Assembly: GCA_965120485.1 (NCBI GenBank) | Contig: CBCPNG010000022.1 | Coordinates: forward strand, 1,457 to 65,456 | DNA from: an uncultured Clostridia bacterium | Lineage (GTDB): Bacteria > Bacillota > Clostridia > Christensenellales > Borkfalkiaceae | Direction of reading: 5' to 3' | DNA length: 64,000 nt | Part shown: piece by piece, positions 56,350-64,000 of the stretch | Layout: every line of letters starts with the position of its first letter | Position numbering within the stretch: position 1 is the first letter of the stretch | Position numbers and translations under genes: made by a program | The notes under the pieces: model-generated | Databases searched by the model: none | Told to the model about the DNA's origin: nothing | What the model saw: only the letters and a program-made list of their open reading frames with translations

Positions 56350-56583
56350 TTATTTGCTCTTTATTTCAACAATGTACTTCTTTGAGCCACGGGGCGTGGC
56401 TGCCCTGACAAGCGTGCGCAGTGCCTTGGCTATTTTGCCCTGCTTGCCTATAACTTTACCCATATCTGATTCTTCAAGGAACACGGTGAGTTCTATGAAG
56501 TTCTCCCTTTCTTCCTCTCTGTATTCTATGGCATCCTTATTTTCGGCAAACTGTTCCACAATATATTTTACAAGTTCAAGCAT
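56350..56583 (-). CDS. ylqC: KH-domain RNA-binding protein (YlqC family)
   Basis: 77 aa with GKVIGKQGKIAKALRTLV (GXXG KH motif). Lies between rpsP and rimM. Confidence 0.85.
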   Translation of the reverse strand: MLELVKYIVEQFAENKDAIEYREEERENFIELTVFLEESDMGKVIGKQGKIAKALRTLVRAATPRGSKKYIVEIKSK

Positions 56584-56647
56584 AACTTAAAAACTCCTAT
56601 AAATTTAAGACGCGCCGAAATAATCGCCGCATATGTGCGGTTCTTTA

Positions 56648-56947
56648 TCAGCTCTTCTTCTTTTTCTTATCGTTGGTTTTAGGCGCGGAGAGCTTTTTGC
56701 TCTGTTCGATTACGCCAGCCTTTACGAGGTAATTTTTAACCGTTTCGGTGGGCTGTACGCCCTTGGAAATCCACGACTTTGCCTTTTCTACGTCGATGTT
56801 TACTTCGGCGGGGTTTTTGAGGGGGTCTACATAGCCGACTTTGTCGATATATTCGCCCGACTGCGCCTTTCTGCTGTCGATTACAACAATGCGGTAGAAA
56901 GGTGATTTTTTGTCGCCCATTCTCGTAAGTCTCATTTTTACTGCCAT
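56648..56947 (-). CDS. rpsP: 30S ribosomal protein S16
   Basis: MAVKMRLTRMGDKKSPFYRIVV. Confidence 0.96.
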   Translation of the reverse strand: MAVKMRLTRMGDKKSPFYRIVVIDSRKAQSGEYIDKVGYVDPLKNPAEVNIDVEKAKSWISKGVQPTETVKNYLVKAGVIEQSKKLSAPKTNDKKKKKS

Positions 56948-57027
56948 TTTATTTTCTCCTTAAATATATAAAAATTTTTTCTTTATCTATGTGAATGTGT
57001 GAGCCGCGCCTTTGCGCGTTTTATGCG

Positions 57028-58335
57028 TCAGAAGGGAAGTTTGCGCTTGCCGCTTTTAAGCTGCTTCATTAGCGTTTTTACCTGCTCGAACTGCTTTAAA
57101 AGCTGGTTTATCTCTTGCACGCTGGTGCCCGAACCTGCCGCTATCCGCCGCTTGCGCGAGGCGTTGATTATTACGGGGTCGGTGCGCTCTGCACGGGTCA
57201 TGGAGAGGATTATCGCCTTGGTGCGCTCTAACTTCTTTTCGTCGACGTCGCCTTTAAACTTTCCGCCCATGCCGGGGAGCATTGCCATTACCGCCTGCGC
57301 GCCGCCCATCTTCTTCATGCTCTCGAACTGCTCTAAATAGTCTTCGAGGGTGAAAGAATTTTCACGCAGTTTCTTCTGCATCTTTTTTGCGTCCTCTTCG
57401 GTGACTGCCTGCTGCGCCTTTTCGATAAGCGTGAGCACGTCGCCCATGCCGAGAATGCGCGAAGCCATTCTGTCGGGATAGAAGGGTTCGAGGTCGGCGA
57501 GCTTTTCACCCGTGCCGATAAACTTTATAGGTTTGCCCGTGACTGACCTTATTGAAAGACACGCGCCGCCGCGCGTATCGCCGTCTAACTTGGTGAGAAT
57601 TACGCCCGTTATCTCTAAACGCTCGTTGAAGGTCTTGGCGACGTTTACCGCCACCTGACCCATCATTGAATCGACCGTGAGCAAAATTTCGGTAATTTCG
57701 ACTGCCGCGCAGATATCTTCGAGCTCCTTCATGAGCTTTTCATCTATCTCTAACCTGCCAGCAGTGTCTATAATAACAGTGTCGAATCCCTGCGAGCGGG
57801 CATAATTTACCGCCTCCTGCGCGGTTTTTACGGGATTTTGCGTTCCCTTTTCAAACACTTCCGCGCCTGCGTTTTTGCCCACCACTTTCAGCTGGTTTAT
57901 AGCCGCAGGGCGGTAGATGTCGCACGCGACCAAAAGAGGTTTTTTGCCGCTCTTTTTAAGGTGGTGTGCAAGCTTTCCGCACAGCGTGGTTTTACCTGCG
58001 CCTTGCAGACCGCACATCATGATTACGGTGGGAAGCTTGCTGGATACAACGAGCTTTTGGTTGGCAGAGCCCATCAGCTCGATTAGCTCGTCGTTTACTA
58101 TCTTTATAACCTGCTGTGCGGGGTTAAGGCTCTTTATAATCTCCTGCCCCACCGCCTTTTCTGAAACATTTGCGCAGAATTTTTTAGCGACCTGAATGTT
58201 TACGTCTGCCTCTAAAAGGGCGACGCGCACCTCGCGCATAGCCGACTTGATTTCAAGTTCGGTGAGCCTGCCGCGCTTTGTAAGTTTTGAAAATATATGG
58301 TTTAATCTTTCAGAGAGAGAGGAAAATGCCCCCAT
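57028..58335 (-). CDS. ffh: signal recognition particle protein Ffh
   Basis: NG domain (GLQGAGKTT, DTAGR, TKLDGD) and a Met-rich M domain. Confidence 0.96.
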   Translation of the reverse strand: MGAFSSLSERLNHIFSKLTKRGRLTELEIKSAMREVRVALLEADVNIQVAKKFCANVSEKAVGQEIIKSLNPAQQVIKIVNDELIELMGSANQKLVVSSKLPTVIMMCGLQGAGKTTLCGKLAHHLKKSGKKPLLVACDIYRPAAINQLKVVGKNAGAEVFEKGTQNPVKTAQEAVNYARSQGFDTVIIDTAGRLEIDEKLMKELEDICAAVEITEILLTVDSMMGQVAVNVAKTFNERLEITGVILTKLDGDTRGGACLSIRSVTGKPIKFIGTGEKLADLEPFYPDRMASRILGMGDVLTLIEKAQQAVTEEDAKKMQKKLRENSFTLEDYLEQFESMKKMGGAQAVMAMLPGMGGKFKGDVDEKKLERTKAIILSMTRAERTDPVIINASRKRRIAAGSGTSVQEINQLLKQFEQVKTLMKQLKSGKRKLPF

Positions 58336-58364
58336 TAGCGCACCTTATCTATCCTTTTACACAT

Positions 58365-58730
58365 TTATTCAACTTTTGCCGTACAGTCGCCGCCGAGTAT
58401 GCCTTTGAGCGTTGCTATCTCTTGTAAAAATTGCGGGTTGGCGGCAAGAAATTTATCTGCCCAGCGCCCGACTTCCGCCGATATACTTGAAAGGCGAATT
58501 TCACCTTCGTCGAGCATGCGCGAAAAACCGAGTTTAGCCTCGTACTCTTCGAGAAGTTTTTTTACCGAGGATAGACACTCTGACGCGCCCTGCCGCGATA
58601 TGCCCTTTTGTTCGGCAATCTCTGACACGGTCAAGTCTAAATTGAAGTACATATCGGCAATTTCGCGCTGGGTAGGCGTGAGCAGTGGGGAATATATATC
58701 CCACAGCCGCAAATACTTTAAATCTGCCAC
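58365..58730 (-). CDS. ylxM: YlxM-family putative DNA-binding protein (UPF0122)
   Basis: LTPTQREIADMYFNLDLTVSEIAEQKGISRQG sigma-region-4-like HTH, upstream of ffh. GTG start. Confidence 0.85.
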   Translation of the reverse strand: MADLKYLRLWDIYSPLLTPTQREIADMYFNLDLTVSEIAEQKGISRQGASECLSSVKKLLEEYEAKLGFSRMLDEGEIRLSSISAEVGRWADKFLAANPQFLQEIATLKGILGGDCTAKVE

Positions 58731-58756
58731 ACCGCACCCCCTGATTTGCTTAAAAC

Positions 58757-58785
58757 AGTATAAAACTTAAAAAAAAATTTGTCAA
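58757..58785 (-). promoter_or_regulatory. candidate ylxM-ffh promoter (TTGACA-17-TATACT) embedded in a 22-nt palindrome
   Basis: The rc of 58780-58785 is TTGACA and the rc of 58757-58762 is TATACT. The palindrome TGTCAAGTAA-AA-TTACTTGACA spans 58780-58801. Confidence 0.55.
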
Positions 58786-58954
58786 GTAAAATTACTTGAC
58801 ATTTTATTTTTCTATGCGCGGCGGAAGCTATGTGTGCGGCGATACGCCGAAGATGTTATGCATGAGCCATACGTAAAAATAATTGTTACTTGCTTTCAGC
58901 GCGCTTTAAATTATTCACACCGACGCCGCGGCAAAATTTTGAGAATTGCATATA

Positions 58955-58983
58955 TTGACATAAAAATTGCCGTATGTTAGAAT
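58955..58983 (+). promoter_or_regulatory. sigma-A type promoter of ORF 59050-59280 (TTGACA-17-TAGAAT)
   Basis: TTGACA at 58955-58960 and TAGAAT at 58978-58983. Confidence 0.6.
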
Positions 58984-59049
58984 TCATTTACTGACTGCAA
59001 AAGCCTATGTGTGTCTTGCGGAAATTAATACAGGGTAGGGCAGAAAGTG

Positions 59050-59280
59050 ATGCAAAAAGTCATAGGCGGCGTAGTTTATGATACGCTTACCGCAACCGTA
59101 GATAAAAAATTTACAAGCGGAGCACCCGGCGACCCCGAGGGATATGAAGAAACTTTGTATATAACTCCTGACGGCAAATACTTCGTATATACCTACGGCG
59201 GAATTAACTCGAAGTATCCCGAAGAGGATATTAAGCCCATAGAGCGCGAGGAAGTTAAACACTGGATGCTTTCACACTAA
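59050..59280 (+). CDS. small hypothetical protein (76 aa)
   Basis: MQKVIGGVVYDTLTATVDKK..ETLYITPDGKYFVYTYGG... It has its own promoter and terminator. Family not recognised with certainty. Weak SD. Confidence 0.55.
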   Translation: MQKVIGGVVYDTLTATVDKKFTSGAPGDPEGYEETLYITPDGKYFVYTYGGINSKYPEEDIKPIEREEVKHWMLSH

Positions 59281-59290
59281 AAAAACAGAT

Positions 59291-59317
59291 ACGGCGGACT
59301 AACCGCCGTATTTTTTT
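59291..59317 (+). terminator. intrinsic terminator after ORF 59050-59280
   Basis: ACGGCGG / CCGCCGT stem followed by ATTTTTTT. Confidence 0.7.
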
Positions 59318-59380
59318 GTCCGCTAATACCAAAAAATACACAGCAAAAGCCCTCTTTTATAATTTTAATTTGAACGGCAG

Positions 59381-59421
59381 AGCCGCCCCTTCCGCAAATG
59401 CGGAAGGGGCGGCTGTTTTTT
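59381..59421 (+). terminator. second, very strong plus-strand terminator hairpin
   Basis: 16-bp inverted repeat AGCCGCCCCTTCCGCA / TGCGGAAGGGGCGGCT followed by GTTTTTT. Confidence 0.7.
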
Positions 59422-59466
59422 ACACAAATCATTTAAATAAACGGACGCCTTGCAAAAGCCGCTTTC

Positions 59467-59703
59467 TTACCGTTGCTCTTCGGTGCACGTTCCGCAAGAG
59501 CCCTTCTTCCGCTCTGCGGAAGTGCGCAATTTGGCGGACTTCTCCGCCTCCGCCTCAGCCTCAGCCTCCGTTTCCTCTTCTTCCTCTGCTTCTGCCTCTG
59601 CCGCGGAGAGTTTTTTTGCCATGGCGGTAAGACGGAACTGGTCTAATTCGTCCTGCAAAGGCTTTATTTTGCCGTATGCCATTTTGTCGTGGTGTATTAC
59701 CAT
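59467..59703 (-). CDS. small acidic low-complexity protein (78 aa) downstream of niaR
   Basis: ORF with an (AE)n/E-rich centre and a C-terminal SCGTC. A G8 run (C8 at 59708-59715 on the plus strand) forms the putative SD. Confidence 0.45.
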   Translation of the reverse strand: MVIHHDKMAYGKIKPLQDELDQFRLTAMAKKLSAAEAEAEEEEETEAEAEAEAEKSAKLRTSAERKKGSCGTCTEEQR

Positions 59704-59728
59704 AATACCCCCCCCTTAATATTTTCGG

Positions 59729-60238
59729 CTAAATTTCTATTAAAATGCCGCGGGCGCGCAGAGCGTTTTCTATATTATCCAAAGTCTGTTCGTCAGCCGC
59801 GGTGACGGTGTGGTAATGATAGCCGTCGGTTACCGACATGAGCGGCTTGGACGCGCCGCTTTTGAGCGAGCGGTACAGCTCCTCTACATGGGTGGGGTTG
59901 TACAGCTCTAACCGAGCCGTTATTCTGCCGAACAGGCGGTGGTTGACGAATACATCCTCTACCCTGCCGCCGATGCCGATTATCAGGTTGCCCTCTTCGA
60001 CAATTTCGTCAAAGGTATGACGGCACTTGAACACCCGCGTCGCCGTCTTTTTTGTGCCGAGGATATAGCCCCTGTTGGTGGAGATTATGTCGTAACCGTT
60101 GGCGCGCAACATGGCGATATCCTGCACGATTATCTGTCGGGATACGCCGAGTTTTTCGGCAAGAATTGCCGCAGGCAGGGCGTTATCGCTGTTGCCTATG
60201 ATTGCAAGAATCTCTTCTCTTCTGAGTTCAGCTTTCAT
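59729..60238 (-). CDS. niaR: NiaR (YrxA) transcriptional repressor of NAD biosynthesis, HTH plus 3H domain
   Basis: LAEKLGVSRQIIVQDIAMLRANGYDIISTNRGY HTH_11 followed by a His-containing 3H domain. Adjacent to nadBC. Confidence 0.87.
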   Translation of the reverse strand: MKAELRREEILAIIGNSDNALPAAILAEKLGVSRQIIVQDIAMLRANGYDIISTNRGYILGTKKTATRVFKCRHTFDEIVEEGNLIIGIGGRVEDVFVNHRLFGRITARLELYNPTHVEELYRSLKSGASKPLMSVTDGYHYHTVTAADEQTLDNIENALRARGILIEI

Positions 60239-60272
60239 CTTTTACCTTAAATTTGCCTCATTCACGGTTCGT

Positions 60273-61133
60273 TTAATCTTTGACGGGGTGAAGGTTTTTG
60301 AGCGATAAATCGAGTATTGGCGCGGAATGTGTGAGCGCGCCGCTGGAAACGTAGTCTACGCCAGTAGCTTTTATGTAGGGAATATTCTCTTCCGTAACGT
60401 TGCCGCTGCATTCGGTGACAGCCCTGCCGCCGATGAGTTCTACCGCCTTTTTCATTTCGGCAGGGGACATGTTGTCGAGCATAATTATGTCTGCGCCAGC
60501 CTCTACCGCCTCGCGGCACATATTAAGGTTTTCCACCTCTACCTCTATCTTACGGACGAAGGGAGCGTATGCGCGCGCCGCTTCTATCGCCTGCCTTATT
60601 CCGCCTGCCGCGCCTATGTGGTTATCCTTTAACAGAATACCGTCAGACAGGTTGTAGCGGTGGTTTACGCCGCCGCCTACTTTGACGGCGTACTTTTCGA
60701 ATATGCGCATGTTGGGCGTGGTTTTTCGGGTATCGAGCAACTTTGTTTTACAGCCTTTGAGCAGGTTTACCACCCTGCGCGTGTAGCTGGCTATGCCGCT
60801 CATGCGTTGCAAAAAGTTGAGCGCCGTGCGTTCGCCCGAAAGAAGAACGCGTATATCGCCGCAAAGTTTTGCAAGTTTTTGACCCTTTGATACCTCGTCG
60901 CCGTCTTTGACGAAGAACTCTATCTTCGTGGCAGGGTCTAAAATTGCGAACGTGCGCGCAAAAACGTCCAGTCCGCAGATTACGCCGCTCTGCTTGCATA
61001 TGAGGTCTGCCTCGCCCCTTTTGTAGACGGGCATTACGGCGTTTGTGGTTATATCTTCGTTGGAGATGTCCTCTTTGAGCGCCATGCGTATGAGCTCGTC
61101 AGAGTGAAGGGCGTCAGTTATCGGGTTGTTCAT
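60273..61133 (-). CDS. nadC: nicotinate-nucleotide diphosphorylase (quinolinate phosphoribosyltransferase)
   Basis: DTRKTTP, LKDNHI and MLDNM motifs. Confidence 0.94.
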   Translation of the reverse strand: MNNPITDALHSDELIRMALKEDISNEDITTNAVMPVYKRGEADLICKQSGVICGLDVFARTFAILDPATKIEFFVKDGDEVSKGQKLAKLCGDIRVLLSGERTALNFLQRMSGIASYTRRVVNLLKGCKTKLLDTRKTTPNMRIFEKYAVKVGGGVNHRYNLSDGILLKDNHIGAAGGIRQAIEAARAYAPFVRKIEVEVENLNMCREAVEAGADIIMLDNMSPAEMKKAVELIGGRAVTECSGNVTEENIPYIKATGVDYVSSGALTHSAPILDLSLKNLHPVKD

Positions 61134-62436
61134 TGTTTGCCTCCTCTATGGCTTTTAATATCTGCACTTTATAGCTCTTTAAAAGGGCGTGCACGTTTTT
61201 GTATTTTGAAAGGTCTAGCGCGCTCTCCGCCGCCGCGGCGGCGTTTTTATCGGCTGGCGTGAATCGCCCCGCGATGTCTTGCGCGGCGCGCTTTGCAAAT
61301 ATAAGGCTCTCTGACAGCGAGTTGGAAGCCAGCCTGTTTGCGCCGTGCACGCCGTTGCAACACGTTTCGCCCACGGCGTACAATCTGTCCATAGTAGTCT
61401 TGCCCTCTAAATCAGAGCGTATGCCGCCCATGAAGTAGTGCTGGGCGGGGACTACGGGTATGCACTCGCGGAATACGTCGTAGCCCTCGTCGAGGCAACG
61501 CCGTACAATTGTGGGGAAGTGACTTAAAACCTCTTCCTTGGGGATGGGGCGCATATCCAGCCAGACGTGTTTAGTGCCGTCCTTTTGCATCTGCGCGAGG
61601 ATATTTTTGGTCACCACGTCCCTCGGCTGTAACTCGTCGCAGAAGCGGTTAAAATTTTTATCCAACAGAACGGCGCCCTCGCCGCGCACGCTTTCTGAAA
61701 TGAGAAACCGCCGTCCGCGCGACTTTGAATAGAGCGTTGTGGGGTGAATCTGAATATAGTTAATGTGGTCTACCGCCACGCCGCGGTTCATGCATATGGC
61801 GAGGGCGTCGCCCGTTAAAATTCGGAAGTTTGTGGAGTTTTCGAATACGCCGCCGAGTCCGCCCGTGGCAAGCACGGTGTAGTCGGCATGAAGCATGTAC
61901 AGATTGCCGTTTTTGCTGTCCTTGCCGACGACGCCGTAGCATACGCCATCAGAACAGATAATATCTACCATGGTGACGTAGGGCACGATATATACGTTGC
62001 CGAGCGAGCGCACGCACTCCATTAATTGAGTTGTTATCTCCCTGCCCGTGCAGTCCTCGTGGAAGCATATTCGAGGCCGTGAATGGGCGCCCTCGCGCGT
62101 GTAGGCGAGAGAGCCGTCTTTGTTAGTGGCGAAACGTACGCCGCAAGCTATAAGATCGTCTATCATCTGCCGCGAGTTTTTTATCATGCACTCTACGGCG
62201 GCAGGGTTGTTTTTGTAGTGACCTGCGCGCATTGTATCTTCGAAATAGCTGTCGTAGTCAGAGTCATCCACAAGGCAGCATATGCCGCCCTGCGCAAGGT
62301 AGCTGTCTGACTTATCGGGAGTATCTTTGCAGATTATGAGAATTTTTTTGTCGCGCGGAAGATTGAGGGCGCAGTTGAGCCCAGCCACGCCTGCGCCTAC
62401 TATTATAATATCGTAATGCTTTTCAAGCTCTGTCAT
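61114..62436 (-). CDS. nadB: L-aspartate oxidase
   Basis: DIIIVGAGVAGL FAD motif and the HPT.. / GGI flavoprotein core. Overlaps nadC by 20 nt. Confidence 0.94.
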   Translation of the reverse strand: MTELEKHYDIIIVGAGVAGLNCALNLPRDKKILIICKDTPDKSDSYLAQGGICCLVDDSDYDSYFEDTMRAGHYKNNPAAVECMIKNSRQMIDDLIACGVRFATNKDGSLAYTREGAHSRPRICFHEDCTGREITTQLMECVRSLGNVYIVPYVTMVDIICSDGVCYGVVGKDSKNGNLYMLHADYTVLATGGLGGVFENSTNFRILTGDALAICMNRGVAVDHINYIQIHPTTLYSKSRGRRFLISESVRGEGAVLLDKNFNRFCDELQPRDVVTKNILAQMQKDGTKHVWLDMRPIPKEEVLSHFPTIVRRCLDEGYDVFRECIPVVPAQHYFMGGIRSDLEGKTTMDRLYAVGETCCNGVHGANRLASNSLSESLIFAKRAAQDIAGRFTPADKNAAAAAESALDLSKYKNVHALLKSYKVQILKAIEEANNEQPDN

Positions 62437-62491
62437 AAGACGGACTCCTTTGCCTTACAGTTCCTGCGGCAGTAGTTGCAGATATGCAAAA

Positions 62492-62514
62492 ACCGCGGCA
62501 AATTAGCCGCGGCT
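62492..62514 (-). promoter_or_regulatory. terminator-like hairpin inside the nadB 5' leader
   Basis: On the minus strand, AGCCGCGGC-UAAUUU-GCCGCGGUU (9 bp) is followed by UUUGCAU, 56-78 nt upstream of the nadB ATG. Confidence 0.5.
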
Positions 62515-62586
62515 GACTTCTGCTTTCACGATAGATGTCGGCAGGATATACACCGCCGCAACATCAGGCGCGCTGAGGTTGAACAC

Positions 62587-62627
62587 AGTTTACAGTAAAA
62601 CTTTACACCTGTCAAGTTATGTGTAAA
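62587..62627 (-). promoter_or_regulatory. candidate nadB promoter (TTGACA-17-TAAACT) overlapped by an inverted repeat TTTACAC-N12-GTGTAAA (candidate NiaR operator)
   Basis: The rc of 62610-62615 is TTGACA and the rc of 62587-62592 is TAAACT. The palindrome arms are at 62602-62608 and 62621-62627. Confidence 0.5.
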
Positions 62628-62821
62628 CTTTTTTTGACATAAGCAAAAATGATAGATAATAACAAGTTTGTGTACCGTTTACAAAGGCGGAGCACACAAT
62701 TTGCCGCCGAAGTAAGACAAGGCGCGCGGCGGCGGCTAAATTTCGACACTTTTCGACCTGTTTATGTGTGTTTACGGGGCGGCGCTTACAATATTATATT
62801 CACATGCGGGAGGTTTGCTTT

Positions 62822-63337
62822 ATGAAAATTTCAAAGCTATACGGAAAAGAGATTGAAAGCAGTGATGGCAAGAGGAGCGGCTGGGTGCGCGCGGTGCTGG
62901 GGCTGGACGGAGCGCCGCAGTTTTTGCAGTGCTTCGACTGCGAAGAGCGGGAATTTGACGTGGACTTAAAGTACGTTAAAACGTTCGGGCAGAAGATAAT
63001 TTTTGAGGACAGGGAGCGCGCAAAAAAGGACTGCGCGCCCGTAAGGCTGGGACTGCCTGCCTACGGCACGGACGGAAGTTTTATAGGACACCTGACAGAC
63101 GCCGAATTCAGCGGCGGACAGTTGAAATATTACATAATAGGAAGAAAAAGATATTCCCCCGACGACGTACGCGCAGGCGATGCGCTTATAATCAGCGAGG
63201 GGCGCAGATTGAAGGCAGACGTTATAGACGGCTCTGGCGCAATAGTGCTTAAAAAGGGTGAAAGCCTTGACGGCGAGGCGCTGGAAAGGGCTGCTGACGC
63301 AGGCGAATACTTTCAGGCGAAGCTTAAAACCATATAA
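62822..63337 (+). CDS. PRC-barrel-like protein (two repeats), function unknown
   Basis: MKISKLYGKEIESSDGKRSGWVRAV resembles the YlmC/YmxH-type PRC barrel start. A second similar segment follows (GTDGSFIGHLTDAEF). GGGAGG SD upstream. The track start at 62768 was rejected. Confidence 0.6.
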   Translation: MKISKLYGKEIESSDGKRSGWVRAVLGLDGAPQFLQCFDCEEREFDVDLKYVKTFGQKIIFEDRERAKKDCAPVRLGLPAYGTDGSFIGHLTDAEFSGGQLKYYIIGRKRYSPDDVRAGDALIISEGRRLKADVIDGSGAIVLKKGESLDGEALERAADAGEYFQAKLKTI

Positions 63338-63342
63338 TTTGT

Positions 63343-63406
63343 CTGTATTACCGCGCCGCTTTATATGGCGAAACTATAATTGAGCGGCAAATATGCGGTA
63401 ATACAG
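63343..63406. terminator. nested long hairpin in a convergent gap
   Basis: Outer 12-bp arms CTGTATTACCGC / GCGGTAATACAG, with inner arms GCCGCT / AGCGGC. Confidence 0.5.
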
Positions 63407-63425
63407 CAACAACATGCCGCCGAAG

Positions 63426-63959
63426 CTATATATTGTACTTTGCCATAAGCTTTAAAAGATGTGAAAAATTTTCGTTGAGACGCTCGTTCTCTTCGGGAGA
63501 GAGGTCGCCTTTGAGGCGCATGACGGATAGCGCGCTCTTAATGCGCTCCACCTCTTGCCTGTCGCCCTTGCCCAACTCTGCCGCAAGCAGTTTTTCAGTG
63601 ACGGACAGGGCATGCTCTGTGCGCACGTTTGTTCTTGCAGGGAGCACCGACGGCGGAAAGGCATGTTGCGGCGGAGCAATGTCTGGCAGAGGACGACGCC
63701 CCGAGGGCACTTTGCGCTTTGCGGCGAGCACTATCGCCCCGTACATTAAATAGCCCACGCACCAGAACACCACCGCGAGCATTACAGAAAAAGAGACACC
63801 CTTTTTGCTGAGTGCCACGGCTAACGTGACGGCGGCGAAAGCGTTGACCATGCATAAAAACGGGCGCTTATCGGCGCGGCGCATGCCGCGGTTGAAAAGG
63901 CTTAGCAATAGCGCAAGCACAAATATAAAGGCGAATGCCCCCCACACTATATACAGCAT
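63426..63959 (-). CDS. hypothetical membrane protein (3 N-terminal TM helices plus a helical C-domain)
   Basis: 177-aa ORF with hydrophobic segments in the first ~90 aa and a charged coiled-like tail. Family not recognised. Confidence 0.5.
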   Translation of the reverse strand: MLYIVWGAFAFIFVLALLLSLFNRGMRRADKRPFLCMVNAFAAVTLAVALSKKGVSFSVMLAVVFWCVGYLMYGAIVLAAKRKVPSGRRPLPDIAPPQHAFPPSVLPARTNVRTEHALSVTEKLLAAELGKGDRQEVERIKSALSVMRLKGDLSPEENERLNENFSHLLKLMAKYNI

Positions 63960-64000
63960 GACGGAGAGCGACAGGGATGAAATTTTTTCGTAAACACTTT

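Noticed and set aside
59316-59719. Plus-strand ORFs 59316-59630 and 59450-59719.
   Set aside because: They span a strong terminator hairpin and are antisense to the acidic small ORF. The low-complexity Ser/Pro/Ala runs derive from the GCCTC repeat.
1-64000. CRISPR arrays, tRNA/rRNA genes, transposases, integrases, IS inverted repeats.
   Set aside because: No regularly spaced direct repeats with unique spacers were seen. The only tandem structures are the 37.5-39.7 kb cassettes, the G/T-rich tract and the duplication in paralogue C. No cloverleaf-like or rRNA-like segments and no recombinase-like ORFs were found in the track.

Overview
This 64-kb window looks like a chromosomal segment of a moderately GC-rich Firmicute. 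That is inferred from Bacillus/Clostridia-like gene order, AGGAGG-type ribosome-binding sites and TTGACA-17-TATAAT promoters. Nearly all genes are on the minus strand, and most of the window is core metabolism and housekeeping.

Main blocks:
- **pfk-ppx-ppk1 operon** (0.5-4.8 kb).
- **Complete histidine operon** hisZGDCBHAF(IE)J, led by a YerC/TrpR-like regulator (5-13.6 kb).
- **Frameshifted GtrB-like glycosyltransferase**, a P-type ATPase, an AT-rich gene-free patch, and a 753-aa beta-helix-repeat surface protein (13.8-20.8 kb).
- **EFR1 ferredoxin plus an extended SDR** (21-23.5 kb).
- **Phosphate regulon block**: pstS, a fused pstCA, pstB, phoPR, and NptA with a PhoU-like tail (23.7-31.8 kb).
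- **galE, then glmS-glmM plus a GlmU C-terminal-domain-only ORF** (32-37 kb).
- **Conserved housekeeping run**: glyA, Fe-ADH, trxA, hisS, hslVU, trmFO, topA, dprA, yifB, rplS, yraN, rnhB, rbgA, trmD, rimM, ylqC, rpsP, ffh, ylxM (39.8-58.7 kb).
- **nadB-nadC-niaR** (59.7-62.4 kb).

The least conventional locus is at 37.55-39.74 kb. It is a tandem array of four self-contained terminator-promoter-gene cassettes encoding paralogous zinc-ribbon/two-TM miniproteins. One cassette carries a divergent, apparently leaderless XRE regulator and an 18-bp perfect palindrome inside the promoter spacer. The next cassette carries a deleted copy of that regulator.

Other points worth a second look:
- Phased TTACAA (Pho-box-like) repeats upstream of three phosphate-related operons.
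- A PFK with a GGAGT/PKTIDND signature co-transcribed with polyphosphate enzymes.
- Terminator-containing leaders upstream of the ATPase, nadB and the glm operon.

No rRNA, tRNA, CRISPR array, transposase or integrase was recognised. All calls come from reading the sequence and the ORF track by eye. Small-motif coordinates may be off by 1-2 nt, and no database search or folding calculation was run.
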